A program made the position numbers and the translations under genes. Of a stretch of DNA of 64,000 nt, positions 26,899 through 39,307 are shown in pieces. The notes beneath the pieces are model-generated. The model saw only the letters and a list, made by a program, of their open reading frames with translations, was not told the DNA's origin and did no database searches. This DNA comes from Entomortierella parvispora E1425 (lineage: Eukaryota > Fungi > Mortierellomycota), in NCBI GenBank assembly GCA_020891255.1, contig BQFW01000001.1, positions 930,001 through 994,000 of the forward strand. The letters run 5' to 3'. Each line of letters opens with the position of its first letter. Position 1 is the first letter of the stretch.

Positions 26899-29039
26899 AA
26901 CCTCACCGAGTTCCGAACCTGTTCCTAATCTCATATGTTCATCATCTTTAGGAATCAACCTTCTGAACAATCAGCAGGTCGCCATCAAGTTTGAACCGCG
27001 CAAAAGCGATGCACCCCAGCTTCGTGATGAATACCGGACATACAAGATTTTGGCCGGTTCGAGTAAGTGTGGAGGGTTGTGGCCATGCTTATCGTAGACT
27101 GGGATGAAGTATGCAGGATATCAGAGGCAGCGGGATGACGGGGAAGGCGTCTTGCGCACAACACGGATATGCATGGATGAAGCCTGAGGAGTGATCAAGG
27201 GTGTTTAGATATGCACAACAGATGGGACACGCTCCCGTGGTTGTGATCCAAGGACATGAGAGATGTGCCCGGCTGCTCCCTATTGTTCCAGGGGCAAGCG
27301 GAGAAAGGCGAGCAGCGAGCGGGTGGGGTGGGGCAGATACTGCGAAATAAGGCTGGTTTATATTTACCAATGATATGCAATTGAGCGGTTGTTGTTTTTA
27401 ATGCCATTTCACCTGCTGGTATTGTTCGATTTTTGGGCAGGCTCTGATCCATGGCCGTTCTCTCGAACCTACTTTTTTTTTGCTCCAACAAGATTCCACC
27501 ACTAACATTTCGTACTTGTCTCGCTCAATAGCCGGTATCCCCAATGCGTTCTACTTTGGTCAGGAGGGTCTGCACAACATTCTCTGTATCGACCTATTGG
27601 GCCCTTCGCTCGAGGACCTCTTCGACATGTGTGGGCGCAAGTTTACCATCAAGACTGTTGTCATGGTTGCTAAGCAAATGGTGTGTACCTCCCGTCAACT
27701 CCTGGTCTTTGGCTCACTTCTGAATTTGCTGATCAAGGAACTAACTGTACGTCCTCTTTTTCACTCCTATATTCCTTAATCAGTTGTGCCGTATCCAAAC
27801 TATTCATGAGAAGAATCTGATTTATCGCGATATCAAGCCGGACAACTTCTTGGTCGGTAGACCCCATACCAAAAACGCCAACCTTGTGCATGTCGTCGAC
27901 TTCGGAATGGCCAAGCAGTACCGTGACCCCAAAACAAAACAGCATATTCCTTACCGCGAAAGAAAGAGTCTGAGCGGCACTGCTCGTTACATGAGCATCA
28001 ATACCCATTTGGGCCGAGGTATGCGACTCAACTCCCGCTAGTTATTTTCTATTTATGTTTTAAGTATTGTAAACCGCCAAGGAGACATTTGTCACTTTTT
28101 AACTTTGCTTACTCTCGTTCCCACTCCCACCTGCAGAGCAATCTAGACGTGATGATCTGGAGGCTATGGGCCATGTGTTCATGTACTTTTTGCGAGGAGG
28201 TCTTCCTTGGCAAGGACTCAAAGCTGCTACAAACAAGCAAAAGTACGAGAAGATTGGCGAAAAGAAGCAATCGACGCCTATCAAGGAGTTATGCGAGGGA
28301 TTCCCAGGTATGAGATCGTGAACACTACTGCGATGACGGAGACAGGCATAAAAAAACGAGCTAACTTGTCATATTTCTAATTTATTAGAAGAGTTTGGTA
28401 TATACTTGAACTATGTTCGTAAGCTGTCGTTCGAGGAAACGCCAGACTATGACTTTTTGCGTGACCTGTTCACCAAGGCTCTCAAGAGCATGAACGAGGT
28501 CGAAGACGGTGTCTACGACTGGATGCTGTTGAACAATGGAAAAGGCTGGGAAGCCGAAGCGGACGTAAGTCTATCGATACATCAGTTTTCAAGCCGATCT
28601 GAACCACGACGACCCACTAATAGTTGTACTTACATTTTTTTTTTGCTAGGTTGATGTCTATGGAGATAACGGCCATATGGCCAGTGCCTCCCAGCAATAT
28701 TCCTCCAACCCCCTGCATCCTTCAGGCCAACATCATGATCGCCATGGATCGCGCGATGTTCATGCACAGGCTCAAGGACAGTCGCAAAGACCTCAAGGGA
28801 GAATTCAGCAGCCATCGGCCCTGGTTCACAGCAACTCGAAACTGAAGCACAAGCAGAGTCAGAGCCGTGGACAGCCTGCCGCCCAAGGCGATCAGGATTT
28901 GTTGCGTGACAATGCCTATAGCCGAGCAGCGCCTAATAATGGCAATCTTCGGGCAGAGGATGGTGAAGGCAGTCAAAAGAAGAAGGGTTTCTGGAGCAAG
29001 CTCATCGGTGTCATTACCTGCAGCACGTGCCGCAGATAG
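26705..29039 (+). CDS. cki1: Casein kinase I, CK1-gamma/Yck/Cki type, multi-exon
   Basis: [124 protein letters not shown]. Confidence 0.97.
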
Positions 29040-29298
29040 CACAGAGACTCTCGTTACGCTTCTATATCTATTGCCCCTTCTGCAATTATGCTCTTCGACT
29101 AGACGAGGAGCCCTGTCTCCTTCACCCTCCCACGGACATTTTCCCCCTTTTTAGCAGGCCCACCTATTCTACTTATTCCAGCCCTTACACCACTCTTTAA
29201 TAATGATCTTTGCACCCAAAATATTGGCCAATAATACACATCCTCGTAAAAAAAAGGGAACCAAACTGCCTTCTGAGAAATCCAATGCCCCGTATTTA

Positions 29299-30326
29299 TT
29301 ATCCCATCTTGGCCTGGCTATAAGGCGGAATAAAAAAATTGACAGGCGGTTAATATGATTGCCATCGCTGTACCAAAAAAGAACAGTTGCCCAATCTTAC
29401 CTGAAATCCAACTCTGGATGCTGACAACGATTGAAGAAGTATGGGGGAAAAGTCAGACTCGTTTGTCGAAAGTAGTCCATTTTCAACTATGTTAAACGCT
29501 TACCTGTGCCTGAAATCTCTTCAAAGCCTCCGCCTTCTTCAGGTCGTCACTTGTAGGCTTTCCGGCAGCCTTTTGGCGTTGGTCAAACTACGATTTGCTC
29601 GACATTCAGAGTGTAAGTCCATACCCAGACGACAGATACAGAAGAGCACATGTGATCTATCAACTTACCATCATTTTCTCAACCATTCCTCGTGTTTCCC
29701 CATCCAAATCGCTAAGCTTGGAGTTTTCTGGGTTGATTTTGGTGGTGTCGATCTCGGGGTGACCCTCAATAACACACTTCCACCATTCTGTACCCTTGTA
29801 CTTTTCGAGATGAATATTAATTTCTTGCTGGTTGTCAAGTGTCCATGTTGAGTCATCGACTTTAATGTCCTTGAAAAGAGCACCCTAATTTCGTCAACAT
29901 AGTAAACTGAGTTAACGAATGCACATCTCTCTAACCGTATCGATCATCAATTAACAGGTCTGCCAGCATTATTTACCTTGATAATGGGTTCCTGTCCCTT
30001 CAATCCAACGGTCAACGATTTCTTCTTGATGTCGACTACAAGATCCTTGCTGCGTGTTCCTTTTGGGACTTGGACAGACACGTCGAGGTCGACCAGAGTC
30101 TGGCGCCATACGTAAGGTAAGGCTAGCAGAGTGAAAACGACATGTTGAGTTTGCTGCCAGAGTTGACGAAGTTGACGAAGTTGACGAATGAACAAAATGG
30201 TTAGATGTAAAGACGGATTCCAATCGCTGTACCTGCTTGTTCCTCGGCCTCTTTTTTGCGAGCAGCAGCATCAAAGGCAGTGCGCTCTTCCTCGGTCATG
30301 GCATCGTACTCCTTGGAGGTTGACAT
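29299..30326 (-). CDS. nudC: Nuclear movement protein NudC (CS/p23 domain co-chaperone), multi-exon
   Basis: LPYVWRQTLVDLDVSV, IKVDDSTWTL, WWKCVIEGHPEIDTTKINPENSKLSDLDGETRGMVEKMM|FDQRQKAAGKPTSDD, and C-terminal HPELDFSQAKMG*. Confidence 0.95.
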
Positions 30327-30602
30327 TTTTTTTGGAGAGTAAGTGAATATGGCAGTGGTGATGTGCACGCGGATGGGAGAACGAGTGTTGAGAGCATGGA
30401 AAGAGCGAGAAGCCAGCTTCGCCCTCCACGTGACAGAAGTTATCATGATCGCATGTACTCCACCACGGACCTTGACACGATGCTTTCATTCAGTCATTGC
30501 ACCCACCTCCAGCTTCTCTCACTAGATCACCGTAGACGAACGCAACGTGAAGAACCCGGCCGCTCTCGACATTTCGACTTTCTTCAACTTATCACCTGCA
30601 TC

Positions 30603-33600
30603 ATGGATTATAGGCTGTGGGCTCAAGACCAGGACAACCCTCCTGAGGAGACCTGGCCTTTACCATACAAACGTGAACTTGCCCGTCTCAAGGACCAGCG
30701 ACTTGATGAGTTTAAGAGCACGATGAATGTCAATTTTGGCTGGCTTCAGGACTATTACGAGGGCTTCCGGTGGTCCGCGATGCATAGGTTTGCCGAATTA
30801 GATCAAGCTGCGTTCAGGCAAGATGCGATGCGAAATTAGTCATAATGAACGAGATTGAGCTAGAAATATGTCGTCAGTGATCGACCTTCTAACGCCCTAT
30901 ACTCCACTGGTTATAGCTGTCCTGGAGGCATTGAGGTCGCCCAGAAACAGCAGCTGGAAGATGATGATATGGACTATCCTGTGAGTTTACATGAGTTCTT
31001 TGCAAGACGTCCTAGTCTTCCTTATCTCCATCTGCCAACAGAACTGACAGTCCATATTTTCATGTTGTGCATGCGATGATAGTACGATATGGCTTACAAT
31101 AGCGGACTGAAAACCCCGACACAGACTTACACTGGCCGAGGAAGCTTTCCAAAATCACCAGGGAGTTTCTATGGCAACTCTCGATCAACCAGGAAAAGGC
31201 CGTCAATGGACCAATTCCGACTAAAGACGCCAAAGACTCCTCGAGGAATGATAGCTCTGCGGAGTCCACGCTCGCCTTTTGAACGACACCGATTCACCCC
31301 GAGACGCACCAAACTTCGAGTGAGCACCTCAGCATTCGCTAGGAAGGGTAGGCGTTCGCTTAAATCCATGCACAAGAAGTCAACAGGAGCACAATCACGA
31401 GGAGATGGAACCGTGCCAAGCAAAGAAAATCAACGCAGGGGTGATATCTCTATTGTCCAATCTTCTGAGCGAGACCGCGGGATTGATATACGGAGTCCAT
31501 CGACGAATTCCAGATCTCTCGACACCATGCGTACGCAACCTCGTCACATAAGCACGGAAGACATGGAAGACCGCAAATCTGTTGGTTGGGGATTCCTTGG
31601 AGATCGTGACGACGGCTGTTTGAGGGATGACGAGGATGAAGACGTGACAAGTCCTCATACGACTCCTGTTTCCAGAGCTCGGGATTCCATGCAGCTGTTT
31701 TCGCCTCCTTTACGACCTAATGCGAACCGGAACAGCTATTACTCTCTGACGCCAGAGCTTATTCATGGACAACCAAGCAGTCCGAGGATGTTTAAGCGAG
31801 GCAATACCCATTTGGACTTTGATCAGACGCTTGATCTCGAAGAGGCGGAATTCAAGCGACCGAAAGGTTCGCCGTTTTTGGACTCCACCACTCCAGTCCG
31901 TTTCTCCCCAGAACGCGAAAGTTACCCTGAGTCAGAGCTTTCAAAGCCGCCACAGGAGTCTGAGAGACCTCTGTCTTCGCCAAGTTGGACTAGTGACTGT
32001 TTGACAGGATCGGATTCTGACAGGAAAGAAAGAGTAGATGATCCCTTCCAAAACAAGAATCGCAATCAGTGGGAAAGTAATATTATGGAGAAGGACTGCG
32101 AGGCGCGTCGTGAGCCGTCGCTTCAGAAACTCTCATTTGATCGGAGGTTCGGCGAAAGAGTGGCGTCAGCGGATCCAATAGAGGGTCAAGGACGAAAAGA
32201 ACAGGGTACTTCTCACAGACTAGGCAGCAACTCTGCTGCATCACGGAAAGGATTATCGGAGGACCATCGTCTCGCTCTCAGACCCTCAACAGAGGAAAAA
32301 GACAGGTCAAAACGGGACATCCCGGACCTAACGCAGGACAGCCATGCCCCGCCTAAAACATCGCTACTTGAGCTGTCTAAGAAGACAAGGGTAACAAACA
32401 CCTTGCCGGAGAAACGAACTGTATTCCAGCGAAATCGCCTTGGACATGGGCCTGTGAACTTCAGCGCAGCTTCAGTAGCATTGTCATCTTCAAGACTCAC
32501 AAAAGTGGGAAATTTACACGATGCACAGACCTCAGACACCCCTCGCCTTACGACATCCACAGCCCAGGGTGCCACCAATACTGGTGCTAAATTTTCTAGG
32601 ACAGCATTGCAGAACTCGAGAGATGGAAAGAGCACTCCAACTCTAAGCTCCGGAAAAGCTACGCAGACGTCCTCATCGACTTCTGTAGCGGCGGTATTAC
32701 GACAAGGGGTTCCCCGCGCGCTTCTTCCGTCAATGAGACCAACAGAGAGTAGTCTTGCGCGCACTGGAAGCCAGCCCTCGTTAGTTCGCAAGCCATTTCA
32801 AACCTCCAAATCGACACTGTCACTCAAGAAACCTGTGCGGCCAGTCCTCCCTGACAGCACACTCACAGCAAAATCAATTTCACTCTCTCAATCTGATGGC
32901 CTCAAAGAGACCCGTCCCCCTGCATCTCCGAAAAGGGAAAAGAGGGAGATGACGCCGTTGGAGACCCGCTTACGCGAGCTGGGACCTGATATGACCGTTA
33001 AAACACTGAACACAACAGTATCCAGCGCTGATACCGCCTCTCTGAAAGAAACACGTTCAACGCCTGTGTTGATCACCGGTCCTCTTCTCACCGCTCAAAG
33101 TAACACCAAGCCGACATCGACATCGTCTACGACTTTCACGCTTTCATCACTTACACCGTCGAATATCGCCCACGGGAAGAAGGCTTCTCAGAGGCTACAG
33201 GACAGTTTGTTACAGATGGCGCAAAACTCTCGACAACGTCTCCAGAACGGCCAGTCGACCTCGACCTCAGCTTTGACAGTAGATATTGAGCAAAAAAAAT
33301 CCGGCATGTCCTGGGTAATTTCAACAGAGAACACTCACTCTGATACTATTCGAAATATTGATGGACCTGAATTGACTCTAACCTTTGACACTTTCTGTTT
33401 CTTGTGGGTAGTCCGCATCCTCAACCATAGACCAAAGACCATCAAATCGCACTGAGACTATTTTGCCTGAAATTTCCATCGAAGTGGATGACGATATCGA
33501 TGACATGATACCCATGAAAGCAAATTCGCGTTATATCCCTCCAGAGCGCAGGATACCTCCATGGGCAGAATGGGATGAATTGGAAAAGGCACTGCGAGCA

Positions 33601-33789
33601 CAAGCTAGTATCAACCCTCAAGAAATATTTGGAGCTTTACCGACCCTGGACATAGCATCCATGCTTCCGCAAGGCAATTGGAAGCGCCAACTTCGACTCA
33701 GTTCAGCTCAATGGGGAACTACAGATCAATTGACCAAGCAAGAGATTTTGAAGTACAATACCGATATGGGCTGGTCTGCTAGTGAATAG
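30603..33789 (+). CDS. INCENP: Inner centromere protein (INCENP/Pic1/Sli15-like), 4 exons
   Basis: C-terminal IN-box LPEISIEVDDD…IPPWAEWDELEKALRAQASINPQEIFG…LSSAQWGTTDQLTKQEILKYNTDMGW, N-terminal helix with FGWLQDY, and many S/T-P sites. Introns are phase-consistent. Confidence 0.85.
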
Positions 33790-33910
33790 AATAATACAAT
33801 GTACACTTATCAATAGCTCTTTGAATGATATGGTTTTTTTATTCATTGCCTTCCTTCTCCGGAAAGCATGCGGCGGTCAAATGCAAGGGGATGTTGATAG
33901 GTTGGTTGAT

Positions 33911-35108
33911 CTATTTCTTGTCTTTCTTTTCCTTCTTCTCTTTCTTGGATTTTTTCTGTTCAACAGCACTGGCATCTGCAGAATCCACCTTGCGCTTCTT
34001 GGCCGGTGCTTCTTGGACTGGCTCTTCTTCCTCTGCCTCGACAGCCTCTGAATCAGCAGACACAGGGGTAGTATCCATGGCTTCCTCAGCAGACTCGGCT
34101 GCTGCCTCCTCTTCCTCTTCGTTCTCCGCGTCACTCTCCTCAGCCTCTTGCTGAGCTCTCAAAAGGGCTTCCTCTTCTTCCTTGCGTCTCTTTTCAAGAG
34201 TCACTGCCCACTTAGCGGCAAATGCCTTGCCAGAGCCAGAAAGCTTGGCTCCTGGAACCTGAGTGTCAAATCCTGAAACCTTGAATCTCATCTTCAGTCC
34301 TTCGGGCTGCTCACGCTTGGGGATTGGCCTCGACAGGATTTCCTCCGCCAATGGTGCTCCCGAAGGGATAGAAGCCTGAGCAACCAAAGCCAAATGATGG
34401 TGAACTCCGAGAGGCGCTTGGACAAGACGGCCTCCCTTAGATGAATCAGGGACAAGGGCGTTCAAGGACAGCATCTCTCCAGCGAATCCGGAATCGGCCG
34501 AAACAGTCTGCAGGTGGTATTTGATGGTCGTAGACGATGAGGAGCTGGTGGACGTCTCCTTCTTCTTGAGCGTTCCAAGTGTGACAGGTGCCTCTGAGCT
34601 GTCGTGTGATGATTTGGATGATGACTGTGCAAGAGAAGAGGAGGACTTTGGGGGGAGGTTGATGGTCATAGTGGCAAGATCCTCGTTCGAGACGCCCTCA
34701 GGGACACGGATCAGCCAGAGCTCATGCTTTGCGGCTTCGTCTGTATCAAAGACTGAGGCCGTATGCTTTTTGGACTTGTATAATGAGAAGTCTCTTGGGG
34801 GCTTATAGTCCCTGAGAATCGTGCATGTCAAGTTGACAACGTTGTTGTTTCGTTGAATATAATGCGTTGGTAGAGCGGTTCCGATAACATGAAACAGTGA
34901 GTCAGCATTGTCGTCAGGGTCGTTTTTTAAGGATGTCGAACATATTTTGTTGAGGAGAAGAACAGTCAGAAACAGCAGATATCAAGCGAACAAAGACGAT
35001 AGATACAGTTCTATTAAACGAGTTCATTCTTTACAAGTTCTTAATGGTGCCTTCGTCGCCGCTCGACTCGCTGTCGCTGACGACGTGTTCTTTCGACTTT
35101 GGAGCCAT
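33911..35108 (-). CDS. RPA34: RNA polymerase I subunit RPA34.5-like; exon 1 at 35108-~35035
   Basis: DYKPPRDF, ELWLIRVPEGV and EQPEGLKMRFKVSGF motifs, with a Lys/Glu-rich tail KKEKKEKKDKK. First exon MAPKSKEHVVSDSESSGDEGTIKNL joins in phase 2. Confidence 0.82.
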
Positions 35109-35321
35109 GGTGGTGTCAATGCAGATGAATAAGAGAAGCTGAATGCATGCCTCTTTTGTCTTTTTGAACAATTTGTTTATTTTTGATTTTTTGTGACGGC
35201 GGACAGGACGCAAATGGAAGTGTTTGCACCCTTAATCAAATTCAACTCCGGAACTAAACATCCTCGCTGCCAACATCCCCTGCTGATCGTCCTCCATTCA
35301 TCCGCATTCACACCTCGCATC

Positions 35322-36354
35322 ATGCTGTCTTCTATCAGAGGTAAACACAGACAGAACACAGACACTGCCGGATTACCCTGAAGTCCTATACTTTTTGGTG
35401 TAGAGAGCTGATCAGCTCTAACTTCACCATGCTTTTCGATGGCAGCTTTTTGTCCCACCTGGGCCTGGCTTTCCCTGAATTTTCTTGCTATCCGATCGTG
35501 ACCCTTGAGCATGGAAGAAGGATCTAACTCGCACTCTTCGTTATTAGGTGCCGCCGCTCGCTCAGCAAGATCGCTGACTGCAGCTCGTCAATGTAAGGCT
35601 TTGGAAACCAGATGAAACACAAAGACAAGTCGCGAGGATCATTTATTAATCTGATTATTTTGCTTGGCTCTTATTTTTCAACTTTTCAGACGCCACGACA
35701 CAGTCTGCAGGAGTCAGGAGATCATCACCAACACCAAAGACAAAAGCTGCCGCGGCCGCTGCTGCTTCTGGAAAGCCATTGACCAACTATGGCAAGGAAT
35801 TCCGCCCCCAAAAGACTTTTTTGCATCACAGCTATTCTGAACTTATGGCCAAGAACCGTATCATGCTCATCTGCCAGCACAACAACATGTCAGTTCCAGA
35901 ATTGATTCAGCTTCGCACAGACCTCTCTGCTGCTGGAGCAGAGATGAAGGTAGTTCGACTTGGCATTTTTGCCGCTGCTTTGCGGGAAACTCGGTATGCC
36001 AATTTGGCGCCTTTGATCAACGGACCTACCTGTGTCATCAGCTGCAACATGAGTCCTGAAGACGAGGAGACAAAGTCTTCCTCAAAGACTCCCTTGGGAT
36101 TGGCAGGAATCAGGAAGGTTGTCGAGAAGCACCGTAAGATGATCTTGCTCGGAGGCAAGGTGGATGATGCTCTCGTGAGCGTGGATGATATGGAGAAGAT
36201 GGTCGAGATGCCCGGCATCCAGACATTGAGAGCACAGGTGACTGGATTGTTAAGCCAGGCTGGTGGTGGACGCTTGGTTCAGCTTTTGGGTATGAACCCT
36301 ACTCTGTTGGTCATGAACTTGGACGCACACGCCAAGTCGGGCGAGACTGCGTAG
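35322..36354 (+). CDS. MRPL11: Mitochondrial ribosomal protein uL10m (yeast MrpL11-like), 3 exons
   Basis: Presequence-like MLSSIRGAAARSARSLTAARQY, then L10 domain …ICQHNNMSVPELIQLRTDL…NLAPLINGPTC…ILLGGKVD…LRAQVTGLL. Confidence 0.88.
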
Positions 36355-36463
36355 GAGCTGCATAGTGGAATATTACAATAAATTATTAAGGGGTCCTTTA
36401 GGGATTTGAACACATACACTTTCGACATTTAAGCAACAAATTGCATGGGCAATTACTTACAGC

Positions 36464-38561
36464 ATGGACTCGGAACACGAGAGCGAGGACGAATTTCAAA
36501 ATGACGATGCCCGGACTGAGGACGGTTCTGAGCGAGGCGATGCAGATGAGGGTAACCTCCACTTGAACTTGATTCGATTACTTTGGGTTGATGGCTGGCA
36601 TGGCTGGCGCGTGGAGTGGTGCTCTGTTGATATTTAACCACTCTTTGTCCACGACAGACGCAAATCTGAACTTGACAGCAGCAGTGCCCCAGGCTTCAGC
36701 TAATGATTCAACCGCAGGAACAAGGACGCATACACCGCTGACACTTCAGCCAAACGTGCTGAGCTGCAAGACCTTCGATATTATGCCTTGCGTACGTTAC
36801 ATCTCGGTTGATCCCTTTTTCATTGTGTAGGACTAACGTTGTTTGAGATGCATTGGTCCCCATGGGCTTAATAGGTTTTGGCCGTTCATCCTTGCAATGT
36901 GTACTCATTGGCTGCCACTCAATGCATGCGCTGGGTCTTTACTGGATCAGAGGATGGATATGTCCGAAAATACGACTTTTTTGCATCCATGAACGGAAAA
37001 ACGCTGTTGACGGCCACTCAACGACATGGCCAAGTAGAGTCTGTGACCAAGGTACCAACATTAAGATCTAGATCTTTTCTGATAAGAACGGACCAAAAGC
37101 TCCACCATGACTCTAACCAGTACCTTATGTAAAATTGTAGGCTGGTATTCTGTGTTCTTATTGGGAAAACGAAGAGCAACCGAACAGAGTTCCTCCGCCG
37201 ATGACTGAAGATGGGGTCACAATAGCACTCCCAGGGTCTGGAGCAGGATCAAAGCCCACGGATATGGATTTGGATATGAACATTGTCAAGCGTGAGGGAT
37301 CGGTCGATCGAGGTGCAACGCCAATGACCCATCGAGCAACGTCTCCGTTTGATGAATCAAAAATGTCAGCCGTGTACAGTTTAGATTGTCATTCAGAAGC
37401 GATCTTTGCGATTTCTGGATTGGAAAGTGGCGCCATCAACCTTTGGACACCTAGGCACGAAGAGGGGACCTGTCAACACGTGTTTCGCCAACACACAGCG
37501 CCAGTGTCCGCACTTAAACTGACGCCTGACCAGCAAGGATTTATCAGTGGATCGTGGGACCATAGTGTTTTGGTAAATTTAGCATCTTAATTGTTTTTGT
37601 ACCTGATTTATATGAAGGAAACGATTGTACGAGGTCCTTAATTCTTAACAACCATATTTTTTTAGCAATGGGATCTGAACAATGGACAGATCGCGAGGAC
37701 GTACACCGGACATGGCTCTCAGATCTCTTCGCTATCGTTCCAGCCTTCGGGAGTACCATCCATGGACACTGACCTATCGAACCCGGCGGCCAGCCATGCG
37801 AACGATGCTGTATTGATGTCGACGAGTGTCGATGGTATGATGTGCCTATGGGATCGACGTGATCCAACAAAGATTCCCAGGAAGCTGTTGCCACTAGAAC
37901 GTGTTCCTCCTTGGTGTCTTTCTGCATGCTGGAGTGCAGATGGGGAGCGGATTTTTTGCGGTCGTCGAAATGGAACAGGTACTATTTCTGCACAGGCACT
38001 TTCGCTATATCTCAGAGTCAAGCAGTTGACCCCTTTTTTTTCCTGTTATTTAGTGGATGAGTGGGACTTTGCGGAAGGGCGGTTTATACAGTCAATCAAG
38101 ATGCCTGCCAACTCTGGACCAGTTTCATACGTGAAGAGTGTTCCGAACAACAAGCACCTTATTTGGTATGTCATGGCTTGCATTCATTTATTGACCTATC
38201 CCTCTACAGCATTCATTGACCAACATTACCCTCTACATAGTGCCTCGCAAGACAACATTCGCTTGTGGAATATAACAGAGCTGGACTCTAGATCATCTTT
38301 GCGACCTTTCCAAATTATTGCAGGTCACCACGGTGGACTCATCTCAAGCATCCGTAAGTATTCCATTTTCGTCTGTTTCAAAAAGACGATAACGCAAGAC
38401 CCTTGAACCCTTGACTGATCTTTGTTTGCTGACCTGTCGATCACGACACTATAGACATTGACCCGACCTGCAAATACATGATTACAACTTCAGGGAACCG
38501 GGAGTGGGAGGGACCAAGTACAAACGACTGTCTATTCTACCATATTCAGCCCATGCTCTGA
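36464..38561 (+). CDS. SPT8: SAGA complex WD40 subunit Spt8, multi-exon
   Basis: Acidic N-terminus, MRWVFTGSEDGYVRKYD…TQRHGQVESVTKAGILCSYWEN, FISGSWDHSV, PPWCLSACWSADG, GHHGGLISS, MITTSGNREWEG. Confidence 0.9.
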
Positions 38562-39307
38562 GAGTGGACAAAATAAACCAATGGCTGCTGTCGTCGCCTG
38601 CAATGGTGGCCCAATAAAACATGTACTGGCTGCTGGCACAAAAAAGAGTCCGGGCTGTGTGGATCCAGCCACAGCGCCCTGCCCGAAAATCCAAAAAAAG
38701 ATTTGAGGTAGCTGGTGTAGGACAAACGGACGCAGACAAACAAACAGACACCCACAAGCAGACAGATAGAATGAGGGCAAGAATGACCAGATGACGATGA
38801 AAGGAAAAAGGGAAGGGGGGAGATGCATCTGAAGGCAGCAGAGTGGTGAGTCGATGGGATGCTCCTGGCCAGTGTCACTTGTCGTCACATACACATAGCA
38901 CACAGAAGACACACCACACCCTCGTTTGCTCTCTCTTCTCTCCTTTCCCTCTCTTTTTTTTCCTCCCTCATTTTTTTCATCATCCTCTTCCTCCTCTTTC
39001 TCATCCTACATCCGTCATCCCGCGCTCGTGCACCCCCTGTCGTGATCCGCGTGAGTAAGGATCCTTCCCACTCCTTCCCTCCATCCCATCATCATCGACC
39101 TCACCTTCATCCCCTTCATCATCTTCCTGGATAACTCGCTTCCCATATTGTCATTGCCCCAAAACTGACTGTCTCCCCCCCCCCCCCTCCGCCTTCTGCT
39201 GTCACCACCAGGTCCTTTTCAACAGCACCTTTATCAATAGCAAAGTCCCGCCGACAACCTGCTGGCCAAATACCGGCAAGAAGCAACCGCACCCGTAGCA
39301 GACCATC

